From positions 1 to 56,875 of the forward strand of contig JAHFJH010000004.1 of assembly GCA_023245995.1 (NCBI GenBank): 56,875 bases of DNA, written 5' to 3'. Under the pieces are notes generated by a model, which was given only the letters and a program-made list of their open reading frames with translations, was not told the origin of the DNA and made no database searches. Origin of the DNA: Candidatus Doudnabacteria bacterium. GTDB taxonomy: Bacteria; Patescibacteriota; Doudnabacteria; UBA920. The position numbers and the translations under genes are program-made. Each line of letters opens with the position of its first letter. Position 1 is the stretch's first letter. Below are positions 45,608 through 54,956 of this stretch, piece after piece.

Positions 45608-46393
45608 CTACGGTTTAAATATTAGCCCTTGTCCTGTAGGAAGTGCTAAAACCTGCACACCCAGACTTTTTGCAAACTCGTCATGATTCCTTTTTTGCTC
45701 TTCGTGGCCTGGAAACCCATAGTCATCCAAAACAACCACTCCACCGCTTACAAGCTTGTCCCAAAAATACTCCAAAGCTTTTCGTTCTGGTATCGCGCTG
45801 TTCATATCTATAGATAAAAAACAAATTTTTTCTGCTGTTATTTGCTGCAGAGTATCTGGCACCACCCCTTTTATTACTCGAACATTAAAAGACGCGAATG
45901 TTTCTTTTACCTGCTCATATATATCTCTGCCGTATCCCATGTGTTTAGACCTCTGCATTTCATCTTGACTACTATACTCTGCAGCCATACCCTCATATGT
46001 GTCTAACAAATAAAACTGCTTGCCAGTAGACGGAAAATTTATATAGTCAATAATCATTCGTGCCAGCATGCCTGTGTTTACCCCACATTCTACAAATTCA
46101 CCTTCAAGCGCCCTTACATGTTCTGCAACCCAACACACTATATAAGCTCGCCACCTAAACTGATAGTCGCCCCACGATGGAAGCATAAGAGCATGGCCTT
46201 TTTTATAGGCGTCCATAAACTTCTGGTCGGTTAAAAAGTCTGCGTGCACATAGGTGTACAAACAATCTTCTGAATACGCAAATTTACCGCTATATAAGTC
46301 TATAAACAATCTTGTTGACTTTACTAAACGACTTGGAAATACAAATTTAAATATTTGCTTTGCAAAAGTATATAGAAAATTATCTTTTTTCAT
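45608..46393 (-). CDS. TylF/MycF-type O-methyltransferase
   Basis: GEFVECGVNTG, FLSIDMN, GGVVVLDDYG motifs. Confidence 0.65.
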   Translation of the reverse strand: MKKDNFLYTFAKQIFKFVFPSRLVKSTRLFIDLYSGKFAYSEDCLYTYVHADFLTDQKFMDAYKKGHALMLPSWGDYQFRWRAYIVCWVAEHVRALEGEFVECGVNTGMLARMIIDYINFPSTGKQFYLLDTYEGMAAEYSSQDEMQRSKHMGYGRDIYEQVKETFASFNVRVIKGVVPDTLQQITAEKICFLSIDMNSAIPERKALEYFWDKLVSGGVVVLDDYGFPGHEEQKRNHDEFAKSLGVQVLALPTGQGLIFKP

Positions 46394-47289
46394 AGGCCAA
46401 TATTACTAGCAAAATTAGTCAATTTTATAATACGAAGTATAAATTTGTTTGTAGTTGTGCTCAGCAGGTCATGCGGAACGTCGTCCACTTGTTGCACTCT
46501 ATGTTTTTTAAATAAACGTACAAAAAATAAAGACGCGTACAATGCAAACAAAAATCCTGAACCTTTGTAAATTTCATTAAAAAAGCTTGTCCACTCATAA
46601 AGCTCCACCTCTTTGTTGCCAAGCGACTGTGCAGTGACCTGATGTGGGGCCCCGCTTGTTGTATTTACCAGTGGCAAAGCAGTATGGGCAAAATGACTAT
46701 TTAGTCTTAAACACTGTACATAGAACTGCACATCCACAACCCATTTATAACGAGTGTCAAAAATAACAGGCAGCGCTTTTCTATATATAATAGCACTAGG
46801 AGCGCCAATACAATTTCTACCAAACAAATAACGATAATTCCGTCTCACCAACGCTAACTGCAATCTACTGGGTATATGCACGCGCGCAAGTTTGTTTTCC
46901 TTATACACACCAGATGCCGAAAAGGCTAAACTTACGGCAGGATTCTCATCCAACATCTGCACAAACATTCTCAAGCTCGTAGGCAATGCAAACCAGTCGT
47001 CATGGTGCATTATTTTTATATACTCACCCATCGCACGCCTTACTGCTTCATTCCAGTTCTCTGGAGAACCTAAAGGCGTTGGATTCTTATAATACCGCAG
47101 TGACGGCAGTTGGGAATAAAACTCACTTACAACCCATTCAACTGCTTGGTCCTGCGTATCGTCGGTTACAATAACTTCAAAATCCTTATAATCTTGTTCA
47201 ACTATAGACTGCAAAAGTCGTCTAAAAAACTCCGGCTGTTTATAGGTTGGAATGCAAATTGAAACTTTTGGCCGCATACTTACATTCAT
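46390..47289 (-). CDS. glycosyltransferase family 2
   Basis: VSICIPTYKQPEFF...FEVIVTDD; 4-nt overlap with the downstream gene. Confidence 0.85.
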   Translation of the reverse strand: MNVSMRPKVSICIPTYKQPEFFRRLLQSIVEQDYKDFEVIVTDDTQDQAVEWVVSEFYSQLPSLRYYKNPTPLGSPENWNEAVRRAMGEYIKIMHHDDWFALPTSLRMFVQMLDENPAVSLAFSASGVYKENKLARVHIPSRLQLALVRRNYRYLFGRNCIGAPSAIIYRKALPVIFDTRYKWVVDVQFYVQCLRLNSHFAHTALPLVNTTSGAPHQVTAQSLGNKEVELYEWTSFFNEIYKGSGFLFALYASLFFVRLFKKHRVQQVDDVPHDLLSTTTNKFILRIIKLTNFASNIGL

Positions 47290-47292
47290 ATA

Positions 47293-48363
47293 TTAGAAAT
47301 TAAATCCTAGAGCTCTGAATAATTTAACAAACCTGTGCTCGTAGGTATGTTCTGCGAGCGTGCGCTCATAACCAGCCAAGGCAATACTCTTACGCTCATG
47401 TGGATGACTTAGGTAATATTTTACTTTTTCTACCAAATCGTCCGCACTGGTAAATACAACCAGCTCTGTACCCAACTTATAATACCTGTCTAAATCTGCC
47501 GCGCGACCAGTTAGTAAAAACCCACCACAGCCTAAGACTTCAAATATGCGTCCCTTAATCTGTGCTTGCTGAAAACCAGGCAAAGCACGAGCCATATTAA
47601 AAAAATTGTGCACGTTGTTTTTTATCTTACCGAACTCTTTCCGAACAAAAAACTTACCCAGTAACTTAAGACGTGCCGACCACTCACCATGAGGAGATTC
47701 TGTAAAATTTAAATTTACTGAACTACTTGAAAAAATCTCTACCATACGCTCAAAGTTAACCGGCCCGTAAGGCCAACCAGACCCGTAAAAACATACTGGC
47801 AGCTGCGCTTTTTGCAAAGCACTAAAATAACGACTCCGCACCCCGTAGCGCTGACCTACAAAACTGGCGCACGAAGACAACTCTGAAGAATGGCGACTCT
47901 GCGTCGGGGTATAACGATATTGGTTTACAGCCCATTGAGTCAAATGTGCCTCTACACCCAGCTTCTTATACAAGGGTAAAACAGTGGAGTCTGTGGTAGC
48001 CACTGCAGAAAAGAGTGGTGCCCATTGTTTAGAAAACAAATGAAACCTCCAATGGTCGTCACCAAACCAGTTCAAAGTCTTTGTCTTAGTTTTATGCGTA
48101 ATATAAGCTATGGTTTCCTTTTTTAACTCTTCGGTAAATAACTGGCAAAAAAGCAAGTCTGGTTTTTTGTCGAGAACTAAGTCTATAAGTTCTTCATTCA
48201 TTGCGTCTCTACCCAACACTTGCATTCGCTCGTCTATGGCAAAAAACTGAGACTCAACACCCTTCATGTGTAAAAGCGAGTCATACAAATTTATATACTC
48301 GTGAGAAAGGCCCAATGCTGGGTTACCATATGAATATTTTAGGCTACAAAATAGCACTCGCAT
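47293..48363 (-). CDS. CgeB-type (Glyco_trans_1_2-like) glycosyltransferase
   Basis: C-terminal ...RIFEVLGCGGFLLT...ELVVF pattern. Confidence 0.5.
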   Translation of the reverse strand: MRVLFCSLKYSYGNPALGLSHEYINLYDSLLHMKGVESQFFAIDERMQVLGRDAMNEELIDLVLDKKPDLLFCQLFTEELKKETIAYITHKTKTKTLNWFGDDHWRFHLFSKQWAPLFSAVATTDSTVLPLYKKLGVEAHLTQWAVNQYRYTPTQSRHSSELSSCASFVGQRYGVRSRYFSALQKAQLPVCFYGSGWPYGPVNFERMVEIFSSSSVNLNFTESPHGEWSARLKLLGKFFVRKEFGKIKNNVHNFFNMARALPGFQQAQIKGRIFEVLGCGGFLLTGRAADLDRYYKLGTELVVFTSADDLVEKVKYYLSHPHERKSIALAGYERTLAEHTYEHRFVKLFRALGFNF

Positions 48364-48368
48364 AAAAA

Positions 48369-49226
48369 TTACCTTGGCACTACATAAGCGGAGTCGTACA
48401 TACGAAACACCAACTTAACAGCTTTTACAATTGTGTACTTAAAACGCAAATACAATCCACGGAAGACGCTTATTTTAAGTTTTTTTCTACTTAATAAAGG
48501 ATTGAAAAACTTATAAAAAGGTTCAACCAACCCTCTGTTAGCAACATATAGCCATTCAAGATCTTTTGCAGACAAACTTGATACAAAATTTTCGTACGCT
48601 TCCACGACAGACAACTCAAAAAGTTCTGCATTCTTACAGAGTTCCTGCTTTACAAAAAAAGCATTGCCCGTATAAGCAACCAAACAGTAACCCTTAAGCC
48701 GAGCCACACGAACAAAGTGAGCCAAAGGCTGGCCCACGTTATGGGCAGCTATTTCTCTCGATACCAATTTATTACTACTTGGTTCATGTAACGCATTTGC
48801 CTCTATGCAAATAACCTTCGGGGATATATTCAAGTTTTCCAAAATTTCATAGTCCAAACCATCTATGTCTACAGAAAGAACATCTACTGAATCTACAAAA
48901 GCCGACAACCCGTTCTTAACAAAAATATTTCGCAAACTCCTGTCGGTGTCGTTTACCATTTCGTTTATACAATGCACCCGAGGACTGCCTTGGTAATTAT
49001 TCTTAAGTTGGTTAAAACGCTCGCCGTCACATTCTATGAGAACTGCCTGCCATCCGCGTAAAATTAAATTTCTTACATTGCTTAAATATATACCATCCCA
49101 AGCACCAAACTCACAGCAAACACCAGCCTCTGTTTTTTGAAGTTTTATTAGAACTTGCTCCAACACTCCGTCTTCACCATTTTGGGAGTAAATATTCTTT
49201 TTATAATCTAATAAATTTGTACTCAT
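48369..49226 (-). CDS. FkbM-like methyltransferase
   Basis: N-terminal YSQNGEDGVL...CCEFGAWDGIYLSN...GWQAVLIE pattern. Confidence 0.5.
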   Translation of the reverse strand: MSTNLLDYKKNIYSQNGEDGVLEQVLIKLQKTEAGVCCEFGAWDGIYLSNVRNLILRGWQAVLIECDGERFNQLKNNYQGSPRVHCINEMVNDTDRSLRNIFVKNGLSAFVDSVDVLSVDIDGLDYEILENLNISPKVICIEANALHEPSSNKLVSREIAAHNVGQPLAHFVRVARLKGYCLVAYTGNAFFVKQELCKNAELFELSVVEAYENFVSSLSAKDLEWLYVANRGLVEPFYKFFNPLLSRKKLKISVFRGLYLRFKYTIVKAVKLVFRMYDSAYVVPR

Positions 49227-49259
49227 AATTGATAATTTTCTTATGGGCTATGGTACACT

Positions 49260-50366
49260 ATGACTATGAAAATTCTGTATCTTGTAACAACTGGCGACAT
49301 GGGTGGAGCGCAAAAATATGTGCTTAATTTAGCGCAATACTTCCACGGCAGTATAGGTATAGGCCAAGACAATAAAGCGTTACAGGCCGAAGCAAAGGGA
49401 AAAAACCTGCCAGTCTACACTATTTCCCATTTACATAGAAATATACGCCCTAAAGCCGACTTTTTGGCTCTATGTGAAGTATACCAGCTTCTAAAAAAAC
49501 TCCAACCGGACATATTGCATGTAAACTCAAGCAAAGCAGGCGTACTGGGCAGTCTGGCTGGCTGGCTAGCAAGGGTGCCTGTGGTATTTACAGCACACGG
49601 GTTTCAGTATTTAGAACCAATGTCTAGCCCAAAAAAATGGCTTTTTTGGGCTTGTGAACGTTTTTGCCGGATATTCCGAAAATTCGTTATTACCGTTTCA
49701 AATAAAGACAGAATGCAGGCTTTGTTTGATGGTGTAGTAGTCGAAGAAAAAAGCACAACAATACACCACGGGATTGCGACCCCCAACTTTTTGCCATCTG
49801 AAGAAGCAAGAAATAGACTTAGCGTTTCTCAAAACAAAATAATAATCGGAACTATTGCAAACGCTTACTATACTAAAGGCTTAGATGTTTTAATAGACGC
49901 AGTAAGTAAATTACGAACAAAAAATGTGGAATGCGTAATTATTGGTGACGGCCCAAACACCTTAGAATTAAAAAAACAAGCACATAGTCTAGGCGTTGAA
50001 GCTAACATAAAATTTGTAGGGCAGTTAGCAAATGCCTCGAACTACTTACAAGCGTTTAACGTGTTCGTTTTGCCTTCGCGCAAAGAAGGTTTTCCTTACG
50101 CGCTCCTAGAGGCGCTCACGGCTGGCCTTCCAATTGTAGCCACAAACGTAGGAGGCAACAAAGAGTTGTTAAACGACGCAGGCCTTATGGTGTTACCAGA
50201 AAATAGCACCCAACTTGCCGAAGCAATAGATAAACTACTTAACAACAAAGAACTAGCTGAAGAATGCTCAACTAAAGCCAAACTAAGAGCTAAAAATTTT
50301 ACTACGGAAGATATGTTAAAAAAAACAAGTGCAATATACGAAGTAGTATTGGAAAAAACTCATTAA
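49260..50366 (+). CDS. glycosyltransferase family 4 (GT-B)
   Basis: N-terminal GGAQKYV; C-terminal PSRKEGFPYALLEALTAGLPIVATNVGG (E-x7-E). Start is 49260 or 49266. Confidence 0.85.
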   Translation: MTMKILYLVTTGDMGGAQKYVLNLAQYFHGSIGIGQDNKALQAEAKGKNLPVYTISHLHRNIRPKADFLALCEVYQLLKKLQPDILHVNSSKAGVLGSLAGWLARVPVVFTAHGFQYLEPMSSPKKWLFWACERFCRIFRKFVITVSNKDRMQALFDGVVVEEKSTTIHHGIATPNFLPSEEARNRLSVSQNKIIIGTIANAYYTKGLDVLIDAVSKLRTKNVECVIIGDGPNTLELKKQAHSLGVEANIKFVGQLANASNYLQAFNVFVLPSRKEGFPYALLEALTAGLPIVATNVGGNKELLNDAGLMVLPENSTQLAEAIDKLLNNKELAEECSTKAKLRAKNFTTEDMLKKTSAIYEVVLEKTH

Positions 50367-51796
50367 GGAATGGCGCGGATGGCGACAACGTAGAGAGTCC
50401 CCTGTACTTCATAAACTTGGTGCGTACGAGTACGAAGCAGGGCCTTACGTATATCAACTTTAGGCATAAGCACATTTTCTGTATGCACAACACGGCCAGA
50501 ATAGTACACTAACGCAGGACTGGCGTCTAGCAAGTCCACACTAGTCCGCAGTGGCACATACGAAACATTTTTGCTTGTGTCGTGAGTACGAAGCCAAGTA
50601 CCTATTTCTTTAACGTCTTCAAAGGCTGGAGTTTGCATGCGAACAAGCCTATATTTGTTAAAATTTACGCCCGATACCACAAAAATAGTCGCCAAGCACA
50701 AAGTTGCTAATGCGCGAATGTAGCCAGCTTCTACTTTTGCCAACAATGCGCAAAACGCACCGCCAATAAGCAAAGCTAAAAATGGATAAACCACAACTAT
50801 GTAGCCACTACCCTTGGTTTTTGAGAAGCTAAATACAAGAAATAAAAAAACAAAAGAAATAAGTGGCAATACAAATTCACGTTGCTTTTTTATGCTTGCC
50901 CATAGGGAAAATATAAGTCCCAAACCCGCCAGCACTGCGTACGGTTGTTGCCTAAAAATTGTAAAATAGTACCACATGGGCTCGCCGTTGTTCTCTATTC
51001 CCTCTGTAAAACGCTCTAACACATGGTAAAACAAATACGAACGCCAAAAGCCAATTCCAAACCGAAATGTTTCCACTAAGTGCCACGGCAAAACTATGGC
51101 TACCGACAGCACAACCCCTACCCAAAAAGTGCGCGTCTTTAGCCATTTCCAGTCACACGTAGCAAGGCTATGTAGCACCACAATGCCTATGGGTAGCAGT
51201 CCAATTACACTTTTAGTAAGCACTCCAAGTCCAACACCCAACCAAAAAACATACCAAGAGTTTGCCCGTTCTTTGCTGCCTGCATAGCCATACAAAGCGA
51301 GTAATATAAAAAATGCAACAGGAATGTCGTAGTTAAGCGTGCCAAGACTAAGCAAAAAATGCCAACAAACAAAAAAACTACTAGCTGCAACAAGCCCTGA
51401 AACGCGAGAACGAAATAGCCTAAAAGCAAATAAATAAGTAAGCAACATTATGCCTGCACCGAACAAAGGTGTCCAAAAACGCGCAGCAAACTCGGTTACA
51501 CCAAATACTGCCTGCGAGGCCTTAACTAACCATATAACCAGCGGCGGTTTCTCCAACCAAAAATTTTGTGGGCTAGCTGTCCCCTGTCCAAGCCACTGAA
51601 ACCCGAACCAATCTGCAGACTGTTTTGCCACCTGCGCATATATGGACTCGTCCCAGTCGCGAAGCGCATAAGAACCTGCATGCGGGTAGTACATGTACGC
51701 CATAATAACCACCAACACTGAAAGCACAGCTCTACTACCCCACACTTCTATAGTCTTTAAAGTAAACATACAAGTAGTATAGCAATACACATACAC
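50363..51796 (-). CDS. GT-C glycosyltransferase, family 39/83-like (PMT/ArnT-type)
   Basis: First-loop acidic motif RDWDESIYAQVA, EKPPLVIW, more than 10 TM helices. 477 aa. Confidence 0.7.
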   Translation of the reverse strand: MYVYCYTTCMFTLKTIEVWGSRAVLSVLVVIMAYMYYPHAGSYALRDWDESIYAQVAKQSADWFGFQWLGQGTASPQNFWLEKPPLVIWLVKASQAVFGVTEFAARFWTPLFGAGIMLLTYLFAFRLFRSRVSGLVAASSFFVCWHFLLSLGTLNYDIPVAFFILLALYGYAGSKERANSWYVFWLGVGLGVLTKSVIGLLPIGIVVLHSLATCDWKWLKTRTFWVGVVLSVAIVLPWHLVETFRFGIGFWRSYLFYHVLERFTEGIENNGEPMWYYFTIFRQQPYAVLAGLGLIFSLWASIKKQREFVLPLISFVFLFLVFSFSKTKGSGYIVVVYPFLALLIGGAFCALLAKVEAGYIRALATLCLATIFVVSGVNFNKYRLVRMQTPAFEDVKEIGTWLRTHDTSKNVSYVPLRTSVDLLDASPALVYYSGRVVHTENVLMPKVDIRKALLRTRTHQVYEVQGTLYVVAIRAIP

Positions 51797-51822
51797 ATAA
51801 CAAACAAAACAAAAAACCCGCT

Positions 51823-51850
51823 AAAACCGTAAGGTTTTTTGCGAGTTTTT
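51823..51850. terminator. terminator-like hairpin
   Basis: AAAACC-GTAA-GGTTTT with T-runs. Confidence 0.5.
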
Positions 51851-51872
51851 TGTATAAAATCTTAACTAAATT

Positions 51873-52790
51873 TTAGTAAGAATGAGCTTGTAAATAAGCA
51901 ACAGTGGCTTTGTCTAACTTGCCTGTTTGCTTTAAGCCTACGCTCTTTTGAAACTTCTTAAGAGCTTTAGCGGTTGCAGAACCTAGCAACTTAGTTTCAT
52001 GCCCTGGAGAACCAGCACCTTTTGAGGCAACAGTAAATCCTTGACTGTTTAGGAATTGCTGTAACCATAAGACGCCGTCACCTTTTGTTGCACCTACAGT
52101 TAATCCTGAACCAGAACCCATAGTCATACTTCCGCTAGGAGTATAACCAGTGTCAAAATTTAGATTACTAAAGCCAGACACGCCGGCTGCGGCGAAAAAG
52201 TCAGATGGGCTAGAGAATGGCTTGCCAGTTTGCTTGTCATAAATAGCTCCATGTACAAGTGCAAATCTTGCACTTAGATCTTTTCCGCTAGTTACAGGTG
52301 GGTTTTGAGTACCAGTTGGAGTTGGTGTGGGAGTTGGAGTTACAGTAGGAGTACCAGTTGGAGTTGGTGTTGGTGAAGGAGATCCGCCTCCGCCACCGCC
52401 TCCGCCACCGCCTCCAGATGCAGTAGAACAAGTCGTAGAAGTATCTGGTGTAATTACTACCGCACCAGAGGTTACGGCACCGACAATTTCAACTTCACTA
52501 TAGGAACCACCGCAAATTATGGCAATTCCGCTATTATTATTTAGGTTGTATTTATTCGATGAATGAAAGGCAAAGGAACTCCCCGAAGGAACTGTAACAG
52601 TAATAGTAGTTGCTCCTACGGCTACCGCAGTCGCTTCAGAACCAGAGACAATAGTATAATCGGTTGAACCAATAGTTACTGTTGTATCTGCACTGTACGA
52701 TATATTTGCCGCAAAAGCAGTACTTGCTCCAGCCAAGCTTATGCCCAACCCTAGGCCTACCGCCATAATCTTTCTAACAAGATTTTTCAT
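51873..52790 (-). CDS. secreted protein: beta domain, poly-Gly, Pro/Thr linker, C-terminal peptidoglycan-binding (PG_binding_1-like) domain
   Basis: Signal peptide ...ASTAFA; a run of about 11 Gly; SPSPTPTPTGTPTVTPTPTPTPTG; C-terminus GDGVLWLQQFLNSQGF...ALKKFQKSVGLKQTGKLDKATVAYL. Confidence 0.7.
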   Translation of the reverse strand: MKNLVRKIMAVGLGLGISLAGASTAFAANISYSADTTVTIGSTDYTIVSGSEATAVAVGATTITVTVPSGSSFAFHSSNKYNLNNNSGIAIICGGSYSEVEIVGAVTSGAVVITPDTSTTCSTASGGGGGGGGGGGSPSPTPTPTGTPTVTPTPTPTPTGTQNPPVTSGKDLSARFALVHGAIYDKQTGKPFSSPSDFFAAAGVSGFSNLNFDTGYTPSGSMTMGSGSGLTVGATKGDGVLWLQQFLNSQGFTVASKGAGSPGHETKLLGSATAKALKKFQKSVGLKQTGKLDKATVAYLQAHSY

Positions 52791-52830
52791 AAGGCATAAT
52801 TAAAATTAATTATATAAGGATTGGTTAAGC

Positions 52831-53919
52831 TTATTCTACACAGAAATAATTATACGCTGGTGCTGTTGAGGCAGTTTCTGGAGAAACTATTGTCAACACT
52901 GTCGTACTTGTTGTGGCATATGCATTGTACTTTGTGGTTGTTGCGATTACGCCTCCAGTGGCTGTACCGGAAATGTAACAGTAAGGAGCCGTTGCGTATG
53001 CTTTGGTAAAGGTTACAGTAATGGTTTGAGCGGAGGTACAAGAAGCAGCACTCACGTTACCTCTAGTGTCTGTAGAAGCAGCGGTTATGGCTGGAGTTGT
53101 ACAAGTACCACTTACTGCCGGAGCAGTTGTCTGAGCACTGCTTAAGTGGCCGTTATAGCCAACACGAAATACATCGGTTGTGCCGTCGTTCACTCTAATA
53201 AAAGAACCTGCGGCAGTCATAGTAGCTGGAGCAGAACCAACAACTGTAAGGGCTGAACCAGAAGTTAATGCTGCTGCAGTAACTCTTACTACACCTGTAG
53301 CAGTAGTAGCACCGCTAGCAGTTACATATAACAAGTCTCCAGTGGTAACTAAAGTACCAGAAGAAGTTATACCTACACCATGACCAGTTGTAAGGCCGTT
53401 AGCAGTAACTAACTGGGCAGTACCAGTTGTTGCAGAGTTAGCAGTTAAAGTAACCAAACCCGTACCAGTGTACACACCAGTAGTAGAAATAGTTAAACCG
53501 TTACCTGCTGTGGCTGCACCCATGGCAATATTCTCTACCGCGCCACCAGTAGTCATGGTAGCGCCACTACCAAGCAAATACAGGCCAGTTCCACTTGTGA
53601 GTGAAGCTGCAGCCATTTCAAAACCAGAAGTCGTTGTGGTTCCAGTTACATTGCCTGACTGCAATAAAATTGTGCCAGTCTGGGAAGTACCACCTACTGT
53701 AATAGTGCCTGCAACTTGAGAACCACCAATAGCAATATTGCCAGTTGTAGCGGTTGTACCCAAGTTAATATCTGACCCTACTGCACCCGTAAGGGTTAAA
53801 GCACCGCTGCTTGCGGCACTAAGAGCACCCAAAGTCAGGGTGGCACCTGCTGGCATAGCCATAGCAAGCATGGAAACAGCGCTTGCTACCGCAGCCGCTA
53901 TTTTGTACTTTCTCATCAT
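52831..53919 (-). CDS. secreted Gly/Thr/Ala-rich repetitive (beta-helix-like) surface protein
   Basis: Signal peptide ...AMPAGA; degenerate (T/S)G(T/A)xxhxh repeats over ~230 aa; C-terminal ~110-aa Cys-containing domain. Confidence 0.6.
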   Translation of the reverse strand: MMRKYKIAAAVASAVSMLAMAMPAGATLTLGALSAASSGALTLTGAVGSDINLGTTATTGNIAIGGSQVAGTITVGGTSQTGTILLQSGNVTGTTTTSGFEMAAASLTSGTGLYLLGSGATMTTGGAVENIAMGAATAGNGLTISTTGVYTGTGLVTLTANSATTGTAQLVTANGLTTGHGVGITSSGTLVTTGDLLYVTASGATTATGVVRVTAAALTSGSALTVVGSAPATMTAAGSFIRVNDGTTDVFRVGYNGHLSSAQTTAPAVSGTCTTPAITAASTDTRGNVSAASCTSAQTITVTFTKAYATAPYCYISGTATGGVIATTTKYNAYATTSTTVLTIVSPETASTAPAYNYFCVE

Positions 53920-54105
53920 AATATGATGTTCTCCTAACTTTATTTCACTCTATAATATAAAAGATGCATAACACCTTTAATTAATAAAGCAAATTAAAGT
54001 TATATTACTTTTTTTAATTTTGTCTCAAACAAGACTAATTTACATTAACTATGGAATTTATTTAAGATATTGTCAAAGTCACTTATCCACAGCAATGCTG
54101 TTGAA

Positions 54106-54795
54106 CTACTTTAATTTATTCTGTATACGCTCAATTTCCGCTTGGTATATTGCCTTTTTATCCGGATTAACCTCTATAGCTCTTTTCCATTGAGTCACCG
54201 CTCCTGCAAGATCGCCTTTCTTATTTTCCAAAAACTCCGCATATAATGTCACAATATCAGCGCTGTTAAATGTTTTATCTAGAGCTGTTTTATATAATGA
54301 GTCTAGTGCATCATTTGGTTGTTTTTCATTATCGGTAGCAAAGTCTATACGCCAGCGCCAATACTGCGGGCTTGCTGAATTCAATGAAATAGCTTTTTCA
54401 ATATGGGTTTTAGCGTTAGAAAAATCTTTCATGTCATTCTCCACAACATACAACTCGGCCCATACTTGAGGATTTTCTGGTAATATTTGACTTGATGCGA
54501 TATATTCTGTTCTTGCTTTCTGATACTCTCCTAAACCATAATACTGGAAACCAGTTAATAGATGCTTTTTAAACTGGTCCTCTTTTCCGTTGGCTTTTTC
54601 ATATTGCTTGTTAATTTCATCTATTTTTTTATAATATGCGTCTTTTTCTGCTTGTGTAAGACCGTTATCTTTATAATTTACAAAATTATTTACAGGAGCT
54701 TTTTTGTGGTTTTGCTTCCAATAACTATACCCACCAGCCGCTGCCAACACCAACATAATAAGTATAATAAATACACTAATTTTTTTAACGCTCAT
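54106..54795 (-). CDS. membrane-anchored TPR-repeat protein
   Basis: N-terminal TM helix plus several 34-aa TPR-like units (W..LG..Y...G.Y..A...Y..A pattern). Confidence 0.65.
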   Translation of the reverse strand: MSVKKISVFIILIMLVLAAAGGYSYWKQNHKKAPVNNFVNYKDNGLTQAEKDAYYKKIDEINKQYEKANGKEDQFKKHLLTGFQYYGLGEYQKARTEYIASSQILPENPQVWAELYVVENDMKDFSNAKTHIEKAISLNSASPQYWRWRIDFATDNEKQPNDALDSLYKTALDKTFNSADIVTLYAEFLENKKGDLAGAVTQWKRAIEVNPDKKAIYQAEIERIQNKLK

Positions 54796-54871
54796 AAAAC
54801 ATTACAGCAAAATAATTATTAAGATAACATAATTATAATATATCAATAAAAATATATAAAGTAGGCAAAAT

Positions 54872-54904
54872 CAAAACCCCCTGGCAATTTGCTAGGGGGT
54901 TTTG
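54872..54904. terminator. terminator after the large surface-protein gene
   Basis: CAAAACCCCCT...AGGGGGTTTTG 11-bp stem. Confidence 0.7.
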
Positions 54905-54956
54905 CTAGAATTTTAAGTTTTCTAGACAACTAAGCTACTAGATGTAGGCAAACTAA

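Noticed and set aside
53180-53926. Plus-strand ORFs (62-83 aa) antisense to the Gly/Thr-rich surface protein gene, and 55033..55896 antisense to the large surface protein
   Set aside because: Repetitive ACN/GGN codon usage keeps the reverse frames open. The products are Val/Pro/Ala-rich with no signals, so these are shadow ORFs.
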